From positions 138,324,001 to 138,388,000 of the forward strand of contig CM059432.1 of assembly GCA_030390025.1 (NCBI GenBank): a stretch of 64,000 nt of DNA, in the 5' to 3' direction. The number at the start of each line of letters is the position of its first letter. The first letter of the stretch is position 1. Of the stretch, positions 11,951 through 24,912 are shown in pieces. The DNA is from Squalus acanthias (Eukaryota). The notes under the pieces were generated by a model. The model was given only the letters and a program-made list of their open reading frames with translations. It was not told the origin of the DNA and searched no databases. The position numbers and the translations under genes were made by a program.

Positions 11951-12395
11951 AATTTATTCATTCACAGGATGTGGGTATCGCTGGCAAGCCTTCTTGAACT
12001 ACTGCAGGCCTTGTTTGTGGTGAAGGTACTCCCACAGTGCTGACTTAGTCATAGCGCTTTGCAACAACTGAGTGGCTTACTAGGCCATTTCAGAGGGCAG
12101 TTAAGAGTCAACTACATTGATGTGGGTCTGGAGTCATATATAGGCCAGGTAAGGACAGCAGGCTTCCTTTCCTAAAGGATATTAGTGAACCAGATGGGTT
12201 TTTACAACACTCTGACAGTTTCATGGTCACCATTACTGATACGAGCTTTTTTTTAAAATTCCAGATTTATTTAATTAACTGAATTTAAATCCCCCAGTTG
12301 CCGTGGTGGGATTTGAACTTCTGCCTCATGCGGATTATTTGTCCAGGCTTCTAGGATTACTAGTCCAGCAACATAACCACTGTGGTACCGTGCCC
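11951..12395 (-). mobile_element. tRNA-headed SINE-like element with tail of the 30556-31058 LINE family
   Basis: On - strand: cagtggttatgttgctggactagtaatcc...gttcaaatcccaccacggc (A/B-box-like); 3' end cttgccagcgatacccacatcctgtgaatgaat matches the LINE tails at 31020-31058 and 33949-33985. Confidence 0.65.
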
Positions 12396-12600
12396 CGCTG
12401 GTCGGTAGCTTTTCCTGTCTGATTCAAATTAGCATATTGGCATGGTTAAAGTAGCAGGTTTAACTTGTTTAAGTCAATCAGAAAAATGTAATTTTGTTTC
12501 TGCTATGAAAACATTTAAGTGTATTATATTTAAAGTGTAACACTTGCTACACTCAACATTTTGAATTATATAAGATAGATATTTATAATTTTGACTAATT

Positions 12601-12893
12601 TTGTGGGGGAGTCCAAAACTAGGGGCCATAAATATAACTAATAAATCCAACAAGGAATTCAGGAGAAACTTCTTTACCCAGAGAGTGGTGAGAATGTGGC
12701 ACTCGCTACCACAGGGAGTGGTTGAGGCGAATGGCAGAGATGCTGGATCAGTACATGAGGGAGAAAGGTATGGAAGGATATGCTGATCGGGTTAGATGAA
12801 GTAAGGTTGGAGGATGTTCGTGTGGAGCAGAAACACCAGCATAGACCAGATGGGCCGAATAGCCTGTTTCTGTGCTGTAAATTCTAATTCATG
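12601..12893 (+). mobile_element. CR1 LINE 3' fragment
   Basis: EFRRNFFTQRVVRMWHSLPQGVVEA plus 3' UTR gggccgaatagcctgtttctgtgctgtaaattcta. Confidence 0.88.
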
Positions 12894-12999
12894 TAAAAAA
12901 AAAACTACAATTCGTGCTATCCATATTAACAAATTGATTCTGTTTAAACAGTAGCTTTACATTCAGTTATTCAGAAGGTTAGGTGAATGGGATTACTAA

Positions 13000-13408
13000 A
13001 AAAAGACTTGCATTTGTATAGCGCCTTTCACGACCACCGGAAGTCTCAAAGCGCTTTACAGCCAATGAAGTACTTTTGAGTCACTGTTGTAATGTAGGGA
13101 AACGTGGCAGCCAATTTGCACACAGCAAGCTCCCACATACAGCGATGTGATAATGACCAGATAAACCGTTTTTAGTGATGTTGATTGAGGGATAAATATT
13201 GGCCAGGACACCGGGGAGAACTCCCCTGCTCGTCTTCGAAATAGTGCCGTGGGATCTTTTATGTCCACCTGAGAGAGCAGACGGGGCCTCGGTTTAACAC
13301 CTCATCCGAAAGACGGCACCTCCGACAGTGCAGCACTCCCTCAGTACTGCAGTGGAGTGCCAGCCTAGACTTTTGTGCTCAAGTCCCTGGAGTGGGACTT
13401 GAGCACAT
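13000..13408 (-). mobile_element. DeuSINE-type SINE, 5'-truncated
   Basis: Highly similar to 8655-9062; the head beyond the B box is missing. Confidence 0.88.
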
Positions 13409-14094
13409 GGGGACTTGTGCAGAATATTGCCACAGTACTATATGCACACATTGCGCTATTCCAAAATAAGTGCACCGAGACAGATTACGCCAATTGACTC
13501 TCTCTTTACTTATTTACTAGCGTAAAGTAGCTCAGAGGAAACACAAAATGGACCAAAGGTTACCTCCTGTAATGGTCTTCAGGGAGTCGGAATTTTTAAA
13601 AAAGCGCTGTTCACGTACGGCTGAGAGGAAGTTTAACAGAAGCACCAAATATTTACATGTTGTTAATTAAATCCGCAAAGTGCTTTCTTTGTAATAAAAT
13701 AAACAAACTACTAGTTGTCATCTTCAGGTTTGGGGTCACTGAAGTCGAAACACAAGCCAAACCACAATCTGTGTGCAATGAGACTGAGTAAGCAGCAGGC
13801 TTGTCGGGATGTACAGTTGGTTTCTCAAGTATATCAGTGAGCTAACTTCTGAAAAAAAAACAATTGAGGTGACATTCAAATTCAGACAAGGGTCAACACA
13901 CTTTGGCCTTGTCAAAGATTTAAATGTAGATCTATGAAATGTCATGGGAACCCAGTATCTGGACCTGTATGTGTTGCTCTAGGATCAACCAAGGTGGGAT
14001 CAGATTCGTACAAATTATCCAGGCATAAGTATTGATACAAAATCCCCAAATGGTCAGAGGCTGCAAATACTGGAGAGAAGTAAATAAAACCCAC

Positions 14095-14260
14095 TGCATT
14101 TAAGGGGAAGCTAGGTAAGTACATGGAGGAGAAAGGAATAGAAGGTTCTGTTAATGGGGTGAGATGAAGTCGGGTGGGAGGAGGCTGGTGTGGAGCATAA
14201 ACACCGGCATGGACCAGTTGGGCCGAATGGCCTGTTTCTGTGCTGTAAAATTCTATGTAA
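14095..14260 (+). mobile_element. CR1 LINE 3' end
   Basis: gcatttaaggggaagctag...ggaccagttgggccgaatggcctgtttctgtgctgtaaaattctatgtaa. Confidence 0.85.
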
Positions 14261-14989
14261 CTGCACAGTTTTACACTCCAGCACCCAAGTTGTGAAGCAA
14301 CAGCAGTGTATCAACACACAACTCAACAGATTCCCCACACAGAAAGTCATTGATCTCGGGCCAGGCTATAGAGGGAGCTGCAAAGCGGAAGTGCTTCTTC
14401 ACAGGGAGGCAGGAAGAATGGGTTGACTATGTCCATTCTCACGCTGCCCCAAACAGCCAGTTCTGAAGCGATATTGGGAAAGTAGTGCTGGCCCTCCTGG
14501 TCGGTAAGCAGAAGTGGAAAAGGAAAATAATTTTAATAATGGAGGAAAATAATTTGAAATATATATATATACATTTAATCCAACAGCGACATCATGATTT
14601 TCGTTGCACAAGCAGCATGTAGTGTGTGTCCTTTGGAGGAAGTGTGTTGCTGGAGGAACACTCGCAGATCAGTAGACAGGTATTTTGGAAAACCAACAAT
14701 TCATTTTTTAAACAGATAATCCCCGTTACAGAACTCCTTCTTGGAGTCTGTGCCTCTTGTAGTGAACAGACATACGGTAAGATTAGGGCACAGGATCTCC
14801 TTGGAGCTTATTATTAGCATTTGTGTCATTGGTGTGCTTTCCAACTGCTTGGAGGATTTTATTTCCCCTTTTATTCAGTCTCCACCAAGAACTTGACAGC
14901 AAATTTGGTCTGAAAACAGATCAAGCGCACTGGCGACACTGATCACTGATAAGGAATGGTTGTGCTACAAAGGGGTTTTCCCTTGGTAT

Positions 14990-16100
14990 TAGAGTTGCCA
15001 ACACTCCAGGACTGCCCTGGAGTCTCCAGGAATTAAAGATTAATCTCCAGGACACTGCTGCGAGCAATACCCAGGGGGCAGTAAAAAATCTTGGGGGGAA
15101 AATTCGGTTGCTTTGCGCCTCCCGTTAGTGCCCTAAGGGGGCGCTAACGGGGCGCAAAGCAACTAGCGCCCGGGAGTGGCGCCACCAACGCCTCCCGCGA
15201 AATTCAGCGGGAGGTTAGTGGCAGCGGTAACCGTTAGCGCCCCGCGGCACTGCGCCGCCGGCGATGACGTCATCGCCGTGCACAGCGCCTCGCTCGCGCC
15301 CCGGCCGCGATCTTCGGTAGCGCCCCCTGACTTACCGCCGGACGCTATGTCCGACGGGGTCAGGGGGGCCCACCTGCGGCCGGGGCGGCGCTAATTAAAG
15401 GCGAGGTGCCGGGCGGCCATTTTTGTTGCTGGCTGCCTTCCAGCACCTGCCTCCGCTGCCGTCCCTGGCCTTCTGAGCACCCCCGCGGAGTGCCGGCTGC
15501 GCTCCATGAGCCCGGCACTTCTCTTGAGTGCCGGGCTCTTTCGCCGGCACTCCGATCACGGTGGCCCAGCTGGGTCCCAGGTCGCGCTGCGCAAGGCCCC
15601 TCCCCTTTAAGAAGGGGAGGAAGGCCTGCAATACCGCAGCACGCAGCACCACGATATTCCCTCGCAGCGCCCCAAGAGGGAGGCGGGGCGCTTCCAGTAG
15701 TGCCCCGCTTCCCTCTTGGGGCGCTACCACTCAATTTCGGCCGCGGGTCGCTAATTTTTTCGGGGCGCTAAAAGTAGCGCCCCGGCGAAGTTAACCCTCC
15801 AAAGGGGGCACGACTCAATTTTCCCCCCCTTATGTTTTAAAATGAATTTCTTTGAACACTTTTGTCTATTAATTATAAAAATATGGGACATGGGTAAAGG
15901 GGCTCTGACTGACAGTCAAAAATCATCCAATCGGGTGATGAAGTGTCTATTCCCTGTCCAATTAACTTGGGAAGGCGGGGCACCACGAGTATGGATGTGT
16001 CAGGTGACCAATGGCGGGAACGTGGGGGTGGGGCGGTTCCAGGCAGTAGGTCATATCATGAAACCTCCAGCAATATGTCCAACCAGAGATGGCAACCCTA
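14990..16100. mobile_element. hAT-type non-autonomous element (TAGGGTTGCCA TIR), interrupted by Harbinger MITE
   Basis: TIRs TAGAGTTGCCA / TAGGGTTGCCA (rc); perfect 8-bp TSD CTTGGTAT (14982-14989, 16101-16108). Confidence 0.92.
15093..15828. mobile_element. Harbinger-type MITE, GC/CpG-rich
   Basis: TIRs GGGGGGAAAATT at both ends; TSD CTT (15090-15092, 15829-15831); many GGCGCTAA/TTAGCGCC motifs shared with 1271-5207. Confidence 0.92.
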
Positions 16101-16804
16101 CTTGGTATCCACCCCAGGACATCTGTTCAATGGTTGGTCGCCGAATTGGAAAATACCATATTTTTGTTATTGTGTTTTAAAACTGACCAAAATAAATATT
16201 AAAAACTGACGAAATAACAATGATGTCAGCTATATTAGAGAATTACAAAGCAGTAAAGGTTAACGATAATGTAAATTCCACAGGCTGCCTCTCACAGTAA
16301 TCACCTTTTGGGATGGAAGAGTCCTGTGCTGATTAATTTGATCTAGTATACAGAGAGATCCATCCAGCAGTCAGTGACACCTTGAGTGATCGCAGGCTAA
16401 GCTATTCGGTCACCGTGACAAAAGATGCATCTTTTTGCTTTGCCCATTCGCGTTGCTCACCCCATCCACTGCGAAAGACTCTGTCACAGGCCATCGGATG
16501 CCCAGAAAACGTTCGGCAGTATTTAAGAGGAGGAATCACTGGCACTGTTAACAGTGACCAAAAGGTTTTCCCCGTTAGTAAGACACTGCCCTGTCTGCAA
16601 ATTAAACACGGGCGTTCACCCGCAGGTGCGTTACACCCGTGGATTAATGCCTCCATTAAAATAGCAGGCGGGAAATGCCATGAGAACACATGAAGCTACC
16701 GTCGACAAACAGCAATATCTACCAGTAGAATTTCCGTGGAGGTTCTCCCTCTGCTGTAACTGTGACGGTGGAGAAATGGCGTAATTTTTAAAAGATATTT
16801 ATAA

Positions 16805-18824
16805 GAAGAAAGAACTTGCATTTACATAGCGCCTTTCACGACCACAGGACGTCCCAAAACACTTTACAGCCAATGAAGTACTTTTTCAAGTGTAGTCGCT
16901 GTTGGAATGTAGAAAACACAGCAGTCAATTTGCTCCCACAAACAGCAATGCGATAATGACCAGATAACCTGTTTTTAGTGATGTTGTTTGAGGGATAAAT
17001 ATTGGCCAAGACACTGGGGAGAACACCCACCTGAGAGAGCAGACGGGGCCTCGGTTTAACTGTCTCATCGGAAAGACGGCACCTCTGGCAGTGCAGCACT
17101 CCCTCAGCAACGCACTGGGTGTGTCACCCTAGATTTTGTGTTCCACTCTCTAGGGGCTGAATTTTGCCGGCACTCAGAGTGCGGGTTTGGAGGCGGGTCC
17201 GCTGTCAAAATCACAAAGATTGACAGCGGGTCGGTATCCTGCTGTAAACCCGCCTCCTTGTCAGTTTCCCAAGTGTCGGGTCTGTCATCCCCGAACAGAC
17301 CCGACACCAAGCGGCAGGTCAGCCAATTTAGATAGTTAAAAGCTTCTTAAAAGGTATTTAAGAACCATTTTCCCATGCACTTACCATTTTACCAGGTTTT
17401 CAACGAGGTTCCCAGAGAACGGCTATCACGTCAGTGTGTTGGGTTCTCAATGACTGTGGATTGCTGTGAATAGGTGAAAGCTGCAAAAGTGGTCTAAAAC
17501 CTACCATTTCACAGCTGTTCACTTCCCAATCTTAGAAGCTGGAGCATTAATGATTTAGAACCCACTTTTGAACTTTATGCACTTTTGAAGTGTTTGGAGT
17601 AATCTCTCTATCCACTGTCACCTCCTTGGAACAACCTATCTCAACATTGACAGATTACTTCTGTCATCTCCACCTCACCTGCCATCTATTCCATCAGCAT
17701 CAGTGCACTTGAAAAAAATCGCACCTTGGTCCTCAGAATCCCAAAACGATCAGCCCCAACACCAGCATCACCAGGCACACCAGCAGCACCAACATCCACA
17801 CCAACCTTGTCCGCAATCAACTGATGCTGCACTGGACACAGGGCATCAGCACCCGACCACATTGCTGCTCGGGACACCAGCGATGGCCTCACCATGTCCA
17901 GATTTGCTTCATTTAACACTGTACACCCTGGCTGCCACATGATGCGCCAGGTTGGCACCTCCCACACCAGCACCATAAAGCATCCCTACAATGTTCAAGC
18001 CATTCCTTTCACACTCATCACCATGGTGGGGGGGGGGGGGGGGGGAGGGGGAAGTTATGTCTCACCATTCACTGGAACTCACTAAGACACTTCCAAAGGT
18101 GCATACAAATCTGTTCAAGAAGGCAAAGTGTTGAAAATAAAGATTTCAATGCCTGACAACACATTAACATACACTTTACACGAACACTGGCTGAAGCACA
18201 CAAGTGCCTACCCTTGTGTGTTGTCAGGGAAGGCAGAGTAATGGGGATGTGATGAGTGGCACAGCAGGATGAGGCTGAGTGTGGCTTTGCAGTAAAGTTT
18301 AGTGATCGACTGAGATCATTGAAACGTTTGTGCCCACTGCAGCCAGGTCCTCCTGACGACATCCCTGCCTGTGTCCTCCTGTGCAGTGTGCAACCAGGCT
18401 GTGTTGGTCTCCTGGGGAGGTGTCTTCCGCCCATTGGAAGGGAAGAGGACCTCCCTCGTGCTGTGACTCCCTCCATAAGCATATGGAGGGAGTAATGGGA
18501 GAGCCTGGGTGCAGCCCACGGACAGCACAACTGTCAAATGATTGTGGCCATGGTCCCTTTAAGGAAACCGGCTGATGACGCGTCATCGAATGACGTTATC
18601 AGACCCGCTTCCTATTAATTGGCTAGGAACCTCGCAAGGCGGGCTTAACAGGCCCCATCAACGTAAAATCTTGATGGAGACCGGGATCGACACAGATGCG
18701 GGGGCCCCACACGTCGCCCGCCCCGGACCCACCGAGGTTGGAAAAATCCAGCACTAGGAGTAAGACTTGAACCCAGAACCTTCTGACTCAGTGGCGAGAG
18801 TGCTACCCACTGAGCCACGGCTAA
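16805..18824 (-). mobile_element. DeuSINE-type SINE split by Harbinger insertion (16805-17153 and 18755-18824)
   Basis: SINE body runs to ...ttccactctc tag and resumes tag gagtaagacttgaacccagaaccttctgactcag...ctgagccacgg. Confidence 0.85.
17154..18754. mobile_element. Non-autonomous Harbinger derivative (family B, copy 2)
   Basis: TIRs GGGCTGAATTTT / GTGCTGGATTTT; TSD TAG (17151-17153, 18755-18757); Myb exon-1 remnant on - strand (REVLFPSNGRKTPPQETNTAW; KRFNDLSRS). Confidence 0.9.
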
Positions 18825-19059
18825 CTGTGATTGAAAAAGCACTAAGGAGGCTCACAACAGATATCCGTAAATATGGTATCGTGCATTAGGTCACATTTGA
18901 AACCCCATTATAAGGCACTGATGAAACTCCCATTAGATTTTTATTCCGGGGGAGATACTTGGTCCTTTACATTGGGAGTCAAATTCAACTTCGGCAGGGC
19001 TGAAAACAGGCAGTAGCGGACAGGCCACCAGTTACACTGCCCACGTGACTTTCCTTACT

Positions 19060-19455
19060 CGAATTTAAAATCCTCATCTTTGTTTTCAAATCCCTCCATG
19101 GCTTCGCCCCCCTCCCTATCTCTGTAACCTCCCCTAGCCGTACAACCCTCTGAGATCTTTGCACTCCTCCAATTCTGGCCTCTTGCGCATCCCCGATTTC
19201 CATCGCTTCACCATTGGCGGCCGTGCCTTCAGCTGCCGAGGCCCTAAGCTCTGGAATTCCCTCCCTAAACCTCTCCGCCTCTCTACCTCCCTCTCCTCCT
19301 TGAAGACGCTCCTTAAAACCTACTTCTTTGATCAAGCTTTGGGTCACCTGTCCTGATATCTCCTTATGTGGCTCGATGTCAAATTTTGTCTGATAACGCT
19401 CCTTGGGCCGTTTTACTACATTAAAGGCGCTATATAAATGAAAGTTGTTGTTGTT
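19060..19455 (+). mobile_element. L2-clade LINE 3' fragment
   Basis: ORF 19159-19356 SSNSGLLRIPDFHRFTIGGRAFSCRGPKLWNSLPKPLRLSTSLSSLKTLLKTYFF; (ttg)n tail. Confidence 0.9.
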
Positions 19456-19566
19456 TTGTGTGAGTCATGCTTTGGACTCAGGATGTAACTTATTTAATAA
19501 TAAAATTGCTTCACCACTACTTGAATATTTTCCCGTCTCTATTTTACAATAAAGTTTAAGAATCGG

Positions 19567-21640
19567 AGCTTAAAAATTCCAGTGCGCCAAAAACCTGCCA
19601 GTGCCGGTGCGGGCCACAGTTAAGGGCCACCCGAATTAAGAGCACAGGCAGCACCGGTATTTTAGTGCTGCCTACTGTTTAACATTAACACACCGCTAAA
19701 CTTACTGTGTAAGGATGGTTTACAGCGCTACTCTCAGCAGGAGGCCCAATGTAGCGTGGCCATAACATCCCTGGAGTAAGAACAACGTTATCTTAAAGCT
19801 CGCCTGTCATTTTAGAAAGCAGTGTCGGTCCCTTAAAGGGGAACTGCCTTCTAAAATGAAAAATATAAAAATCATTCAAAAATAGGCAGTTTTTAGCCCT
19901 TAGAGCTCAACTGCCTTCTGGAAAAAAAATAAACATTAAAAATAATGAATTCCCTTCCGCACCTAAATAAATGGGAAAAGTGCTTCAGCACTAACACAAA
20001 TGGCTCAGCAAGCCAGGGAAGAGGCACCCAGGGTCTTGCACGCAGCACTCTAGCTTTGTACAGGGGGTCAACACTGCAAAGAGGTCCTCTACCCACAGGG
20101 GCCAGGAGGCCCGCCACGAAGAAGGATGTGGGACCAGATCAGCGAGGCTGTCACTACCAGCAGTGTCGCCCCCACCACCTGGCTCCAGTGCCCAAAGAGG
20201 TTTCATGACCTCAGACCAGTGGTCAAGGTCAGTGAACACATCTTCAAAAGCCGTCTCCTACCAACTGCATCACTAGCCTCACACACTTCTCAATGCACAA
20301 CTACCCCTCCCCCCCTACAATCACTCACCGACCAACAATCTGTACCAAACATGAGGCACATCTCCAATTCCTAGCTTCACCTCACCCCCTTGGAGGAGAC
20401 GGTGCTGGCCATTCTTGGCAGGGACATGGCTGAGCCCTTGGCCAGCAGTGGGACTGAAAGGATACAAAATGCTGGTATCCTCAAACATCATCCTCCATCT
20501 CACATGCCCCTCTTGCTTTCCCACCCTCCCCTCACCACAACTCCACCCTTGTGCCTTCCTCATTTCACACACCCAAGAAATTCAGCCTGCCCAGCCAGTG
20601 GTTGAAGAAGAGGGAGAGGAGAGTGAAGAAGAAGAAGAAGAAGAAACACTGTCACTTGATTTCACACTCCCAGCCACCAGCTCCTCAAGGTCATCCTGCA
20701 AGGCCATTTGCAGTGTCCCCCACTGAAAGTCAGCAGCCTTCTACCAGCCATGCTGCAGCCTCTGTGGTAGCACTGTGTGACATCAGTAGGATAGGCAAAG
20801 GCACACACAAGACAGTCACTAAGTGAATGCATAAGGCTGATGAGTTGATTTCTTGATGTCATATTGGATGGATAGATGTATAAAGTTGGATTGGAAAGCT
20901 TGCTTTGTGGTAGCTTTTATTTCAGCATCATGGCCAAGAGAATGCTGTGATGGTCAGTAACAGAGGGAAGGTAAGGTGTGGGACTAATGCTGAAAGGGGA
21001 ATTGGGGTTGTGGTCACTGGTACAGCAGGCAGATGATTTCATCCCGGATATCCCAGCCAGATGGGGCTGTCTGGGTTGTATCCTTCCTTCTGCTCCCTCC
21101 TCTTCTGATACTTCCTCTTCCTCCTCTTCTGCTTCTTCCTCTTTTGTTTCTTCCTCTTCTGCGTCTTCCTCTTCCCTCTGTGAGTGGATGCTGGAAATCT
21201 GAAATAAAAGCAGAAAATGCTGGAAATACTCAGAGGGTCTGGCAGCATCTCGACCTGAGACGTGACTCTGCTTCTCTCTCCACAGATGCTGCCTAACCTG
21301 CTGAGTATTTCCAGCATTTTCTGTCTTTTCAGAGGCCTTCCTTTACCATCCGAGGCCTTGCAAGCATCTAGCAGCACTCCCTGTACACTTCAAAAACTTT
21401 TTAACAGCTATTACCACTACTTCAATAAAATATAAGAAATCCAGTCCAAGAGCTTAAATACAAACTTACCTGAAAGATGTGTGCATCCCTTTAAGCAGCG
21501 CTGAGAGAGCTTAGGACCCAGTGTGAAACTCAGTGCAAAGGTCCAAGTTTGTAGAGCATGGCATCTAGTCAGCATTGCACATGCAAATAGGGGGCTTAAT
21601 GCCTGTTTGAGGCCCTCTTCCCAAACTTGGGCTGCCCAGA
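19567..21640. mobile_element. Degenerate, internally deleted Harbinger element (ends unresolved)
   Basis: Myb remnants on + (MWDQISEAVTTSSVAPTTWLQCPKRFHDL; LEETVLAILGRDMAEP; EEEGEESEEEEEEETLSLD), acidic transposase-tail-like stretch on - (about 21000-21180), TTAAAGGGG at 19833 and rc TTAAAGGG at 21487. Confidence 0.72.
21187..21332. repeat. Short fold-back (inverted-repeat) element
   Basis: About 50-bp arms: ctgaaataaaagcagaaaatgctggaaatactcag...ggcagcatct (21199-21250) versus agatgctgcc...ctgagtatttccagcattttctgtcttttcag (21284-21332). Confidence 0.8.
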
Positions 21641-21849
21641 ATGCAGCTGGAGCCGTTCAGGATAACGATATCTCCATTAAAGGGACTGCTGGAGGTCGCA
21701 ATCAACAAGATATGGTTTTTAACAAATACTTACCTGAATGTGGAGCTGGGACCAGGAGGAGTTCTCCCCCAGGCTCCACTTACCCAGGCCATTGCCATCC
21801 TCCGCTTGGCCCCATCCCAATCCCAGCCCTACCTCCCGATCATTACCTT

Positions 21850-23700
21850 CAACTCCTTCCACCCCTCCCTCCTCATCGCCCCGCCACCATCCCTCCCTCC
21901 CTCCTCATCGCCCCGCCAACATCCCTCCCTCCCTCCCCATCAACCTCACCATCCCTCCCTCCCTCGCTCCCCATCACCCCACCACCCCTCTCTCCCTCCC
22001 TCCCCATCACCCCACCATCCCTCCCTCCCTCGCTCCCCATTGTCCCTACAATCCTTCACTCCCTCCCTCTCCATTGCCCCCACCATCACTCTCTCCCTCC
22101 CTCCCCATCGCCCCACCATCCCTCCCTTCCCATCACCCCACCATCCCTCTCTCCCCATCACCCCACCACCCCTCTCCCTCCCTCCCCATCACCCCACCAT
22201 CCCTCTCTCCCTCCCTCCCCATCATCCCGCCATCCCTCTCTCCCTCTCACCCTCCCTCCCCATCGTCCCGCCATCCCTCTCTCCCTCCCTCCCCATCGCC
22301 CCACCATCCCTCCCTTCCCATCACCCCACCATCCCTCTCTCCCTCCCTCCCCATCACCCCACCACCCCTCTCTCCCTCCCTCCCCCCCCCATCATCTCGC
22401 CATCCCTCTCTCCCTCCCTCCCATCGTCCCGCCATCCCTCTCTCCCTCCCTCAGCATTGCCCCCACCATCCCTCTCTCCCTCCCTCGCCATCGCCCGCAC
22501 CATCCCTCCCTCCCTCCCTCCCCATCACCCCACCATCCCTCTCTCCCTCCCTCCCCATCGCCCCCACCATCCCTCTCTCCCTCCGTCCCCATCGCCCCAC
22601 CACCATCCCTCTCTCCCTCCCTCCCATCGCCCCCACCATCCCTCTCTCCCCATCACCCCGCCATCTCTCCCTCCCTCCCCATCGCCCACACCATCCCTCT
22701 CTCCCCATCGTCCCGCCATCCCTCTCTCCCTCCCTCACCATCGCCCTCACCATCTTTCCCTCCCTCCCTCCCCATCGCCGCCACCATCCCTCTCTCTCTC
22801 CCTCCCCATCGCCCCACCATCCCTCTCTCCCTCCCTCCCTATCGCCCCCACCATCCCTCTCTCCCTCCCTCCCCATCGCCCCACCATCCCTCTCTCCCTC
22901 CCTCCCCATCGCCGCCACATCCCTCTCTCCCTCCCTCCCCATCGTCCCGCCATCCCTCTCTCCCCATCGCCCCACCATCCCTCTCTCCCTCCCTCCCCGT
23001 CGCCGCCACATCCCTCTCTCCCTCCCTCCCCATCGTCCCGCCATCCCTCTCTCTTTCCCTCCCCATCGCCCCCACGATCCCTCTCTCCCTCCCTCCCCAC
23101 CACCCCGCCATCCCTCTCTCCCTCCCTCCCCATCGCCCCACCATCCCTCTCTCCCTCTCCATCGCCCCCACCATCCCTCCATCCCTCCCTCCCCATCGCC
23201 CCACCATCCCTCTCTCCCTCCCTTCCCATCGCCCCGCCATCCCTCCATCCCTCCCTCCCCATCGCCCCCACCATCCCTCCCTCCCCATCACCCCCACCAT
23301 CGCTCTCTCCCTCCCTATCATCCCACCATCCCTCTCTCCCTCCCTCCCCATCGCCCCCACCATCCCTCCATCCCTCCCTCCCCATCGCCCCACCATCCCT
23401 TTCTCCCCATCGCCCCACCATCCCTCTGTCCCTCCCTTCCCATCGACCCACCATCCCTCTCTCCCTCCCTATCATCCCCACCATCCCTCTCTCCCTCCCT
23501 TCCCATCGACCCACCATCCCTCCCTCCCTCCCTCCCCATCGCCCCCACCATCCCTCCCTCCCCATCGCCCCACCATCCCTCTCTTCCTCCCTTCCCATCG
23601 CCCCACCATCCCTCTCTCCCTCCCTCCCCATCGCCAGACCATCCCTCTCTCCCCCCCTCCCCATCGCCACCTCCCTTGCAATCGCCTCTATCCCAGGACC
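21850..23700. repeat. C-rich minisatellite, unit about 25-35 bp
   Basis: Tandem variants of ccatccctctctccctccctccccatcgcccca(c). Confidence 0.95.
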
Positions 23701-24451
23701 TACCTGAGGGCCATTGCCGGGGAGACAATATGGTGAAGAGGTCCGAGGCTGAATTTTGGCTGAGACTTAGGCCTCCAGCTTCATGTTCAGGCCCGAATGT
23801 CCCCCTTCCCCACCCTCCAATGTATTTTCTGATAGTTTAGCCTAACGTCCCCCACTGTACGACGTGCTGCATTATGAACCTGTTCCATTTAAAATAAAAT
23901 AATAGCCGACAAGAATGCTAAACTGGATAAATACAATACTTTGAGGGGTGAAAAAGCTCCTGTAACCTTTTTCAAGGACCTATGACTAGTATTTTATTTT
24001 ATTATTTCTTTTATATAATGTAGCACATCCGAAGAAAGAATAAAATAATCAATTTCCATCTGTTCTCACTTTCCCTAAACACCCAGCAGACAGCCAAGGG
24101 CAGATTCAGTGTCACACATGATTGACAGCAAATCACCTTTAACGCTGAACCAATCATATTACAAGAAGCGAGGTCAGTTCAGTGGGGCGTTACTTCCAGA
24201 TTAAGGTCACGGCAGATCTCCATTCTCCCCCCAACTCTCTCCCCTGACCAGCTAACTTTCTTTCCTTGAACAAACTCCTCCAAGAAAAAAAGGTGAAAGG
24301 AAAGATGTAAAGGATGAAATCGGTTTTTCTTTTTTAAATTTTGACACGTTGAAAGTGCGAAGATCATTTTATCAACTTTTATAACGTAACATTTCATGGG
24401 GTGCATAAAACAACAATAGTTTTCCCATCTTCTTCGCTAATACCTCGCTGT

Positions 24452-24912
24452 GTTCCATCACCCCTGCGCTCGCTGACCTACATTGACTCCCGGTTAAGCA
24501 ACACCTCGATTTTAAAATTCTCATCCTTGTTTTCAAATGCCTCCGTGGCCTCGCCCCCCTCCCTATCTCTGTAACCTCCTCCGGCCCTACAACCCTCCGC
24601 GATCTCTGCGCTCCTCCAATTCTGACCTCTTGCTTATCCTCGATTTTAATCGCTCCACCATTGGCGGCCGTGCCTTCTGTTGCCTCGGCCCTAAACTCTG
24701 GAATTCCCTCCCCAAACCTCTCCGCCTCTCTACCCCTTCTCTCCTCCTTTAAGACGCTCCTTAAAACCTCTTTGACCAAGCTTTTGGTCGCCTGTCCTAA
24801 TAGCTCCTTATGTGGTCCAGTGTCAAATTTTGTTTGATAATCGCTCCTGTGAAGCGCCCTGGGACGTTTTACTACATTAAAGGCGCTATATAAATGCAAG
24901 GTGTTGTTGTTG
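24452..24912 (+). mobile_element. L2-clade LINE 3' fragment
   Basis: ITPALADLH...FKILILVFK...YLCNLLRPYNPPRSLRSSNS...GGRAF...LWNSLP; L2 tail. Confidence 0.9.

Noticed and set aside
15093..15828. CpG island / host promoter
   Set aside because: The CpG-rich segment coincides exactly with a TIR- and TSD-bounded MITE.
21726..21736. U1 snRNA 5' end ATACTTACCTG
   Set aside because: The match stops after 11 nt; no U1 body follows.
21523..23840. About 700-aa Pro/Ser/His-rich extensin-like ORFs
   Set aside because: Open in all three frames across a C-rich minisatellite; no coding signature.
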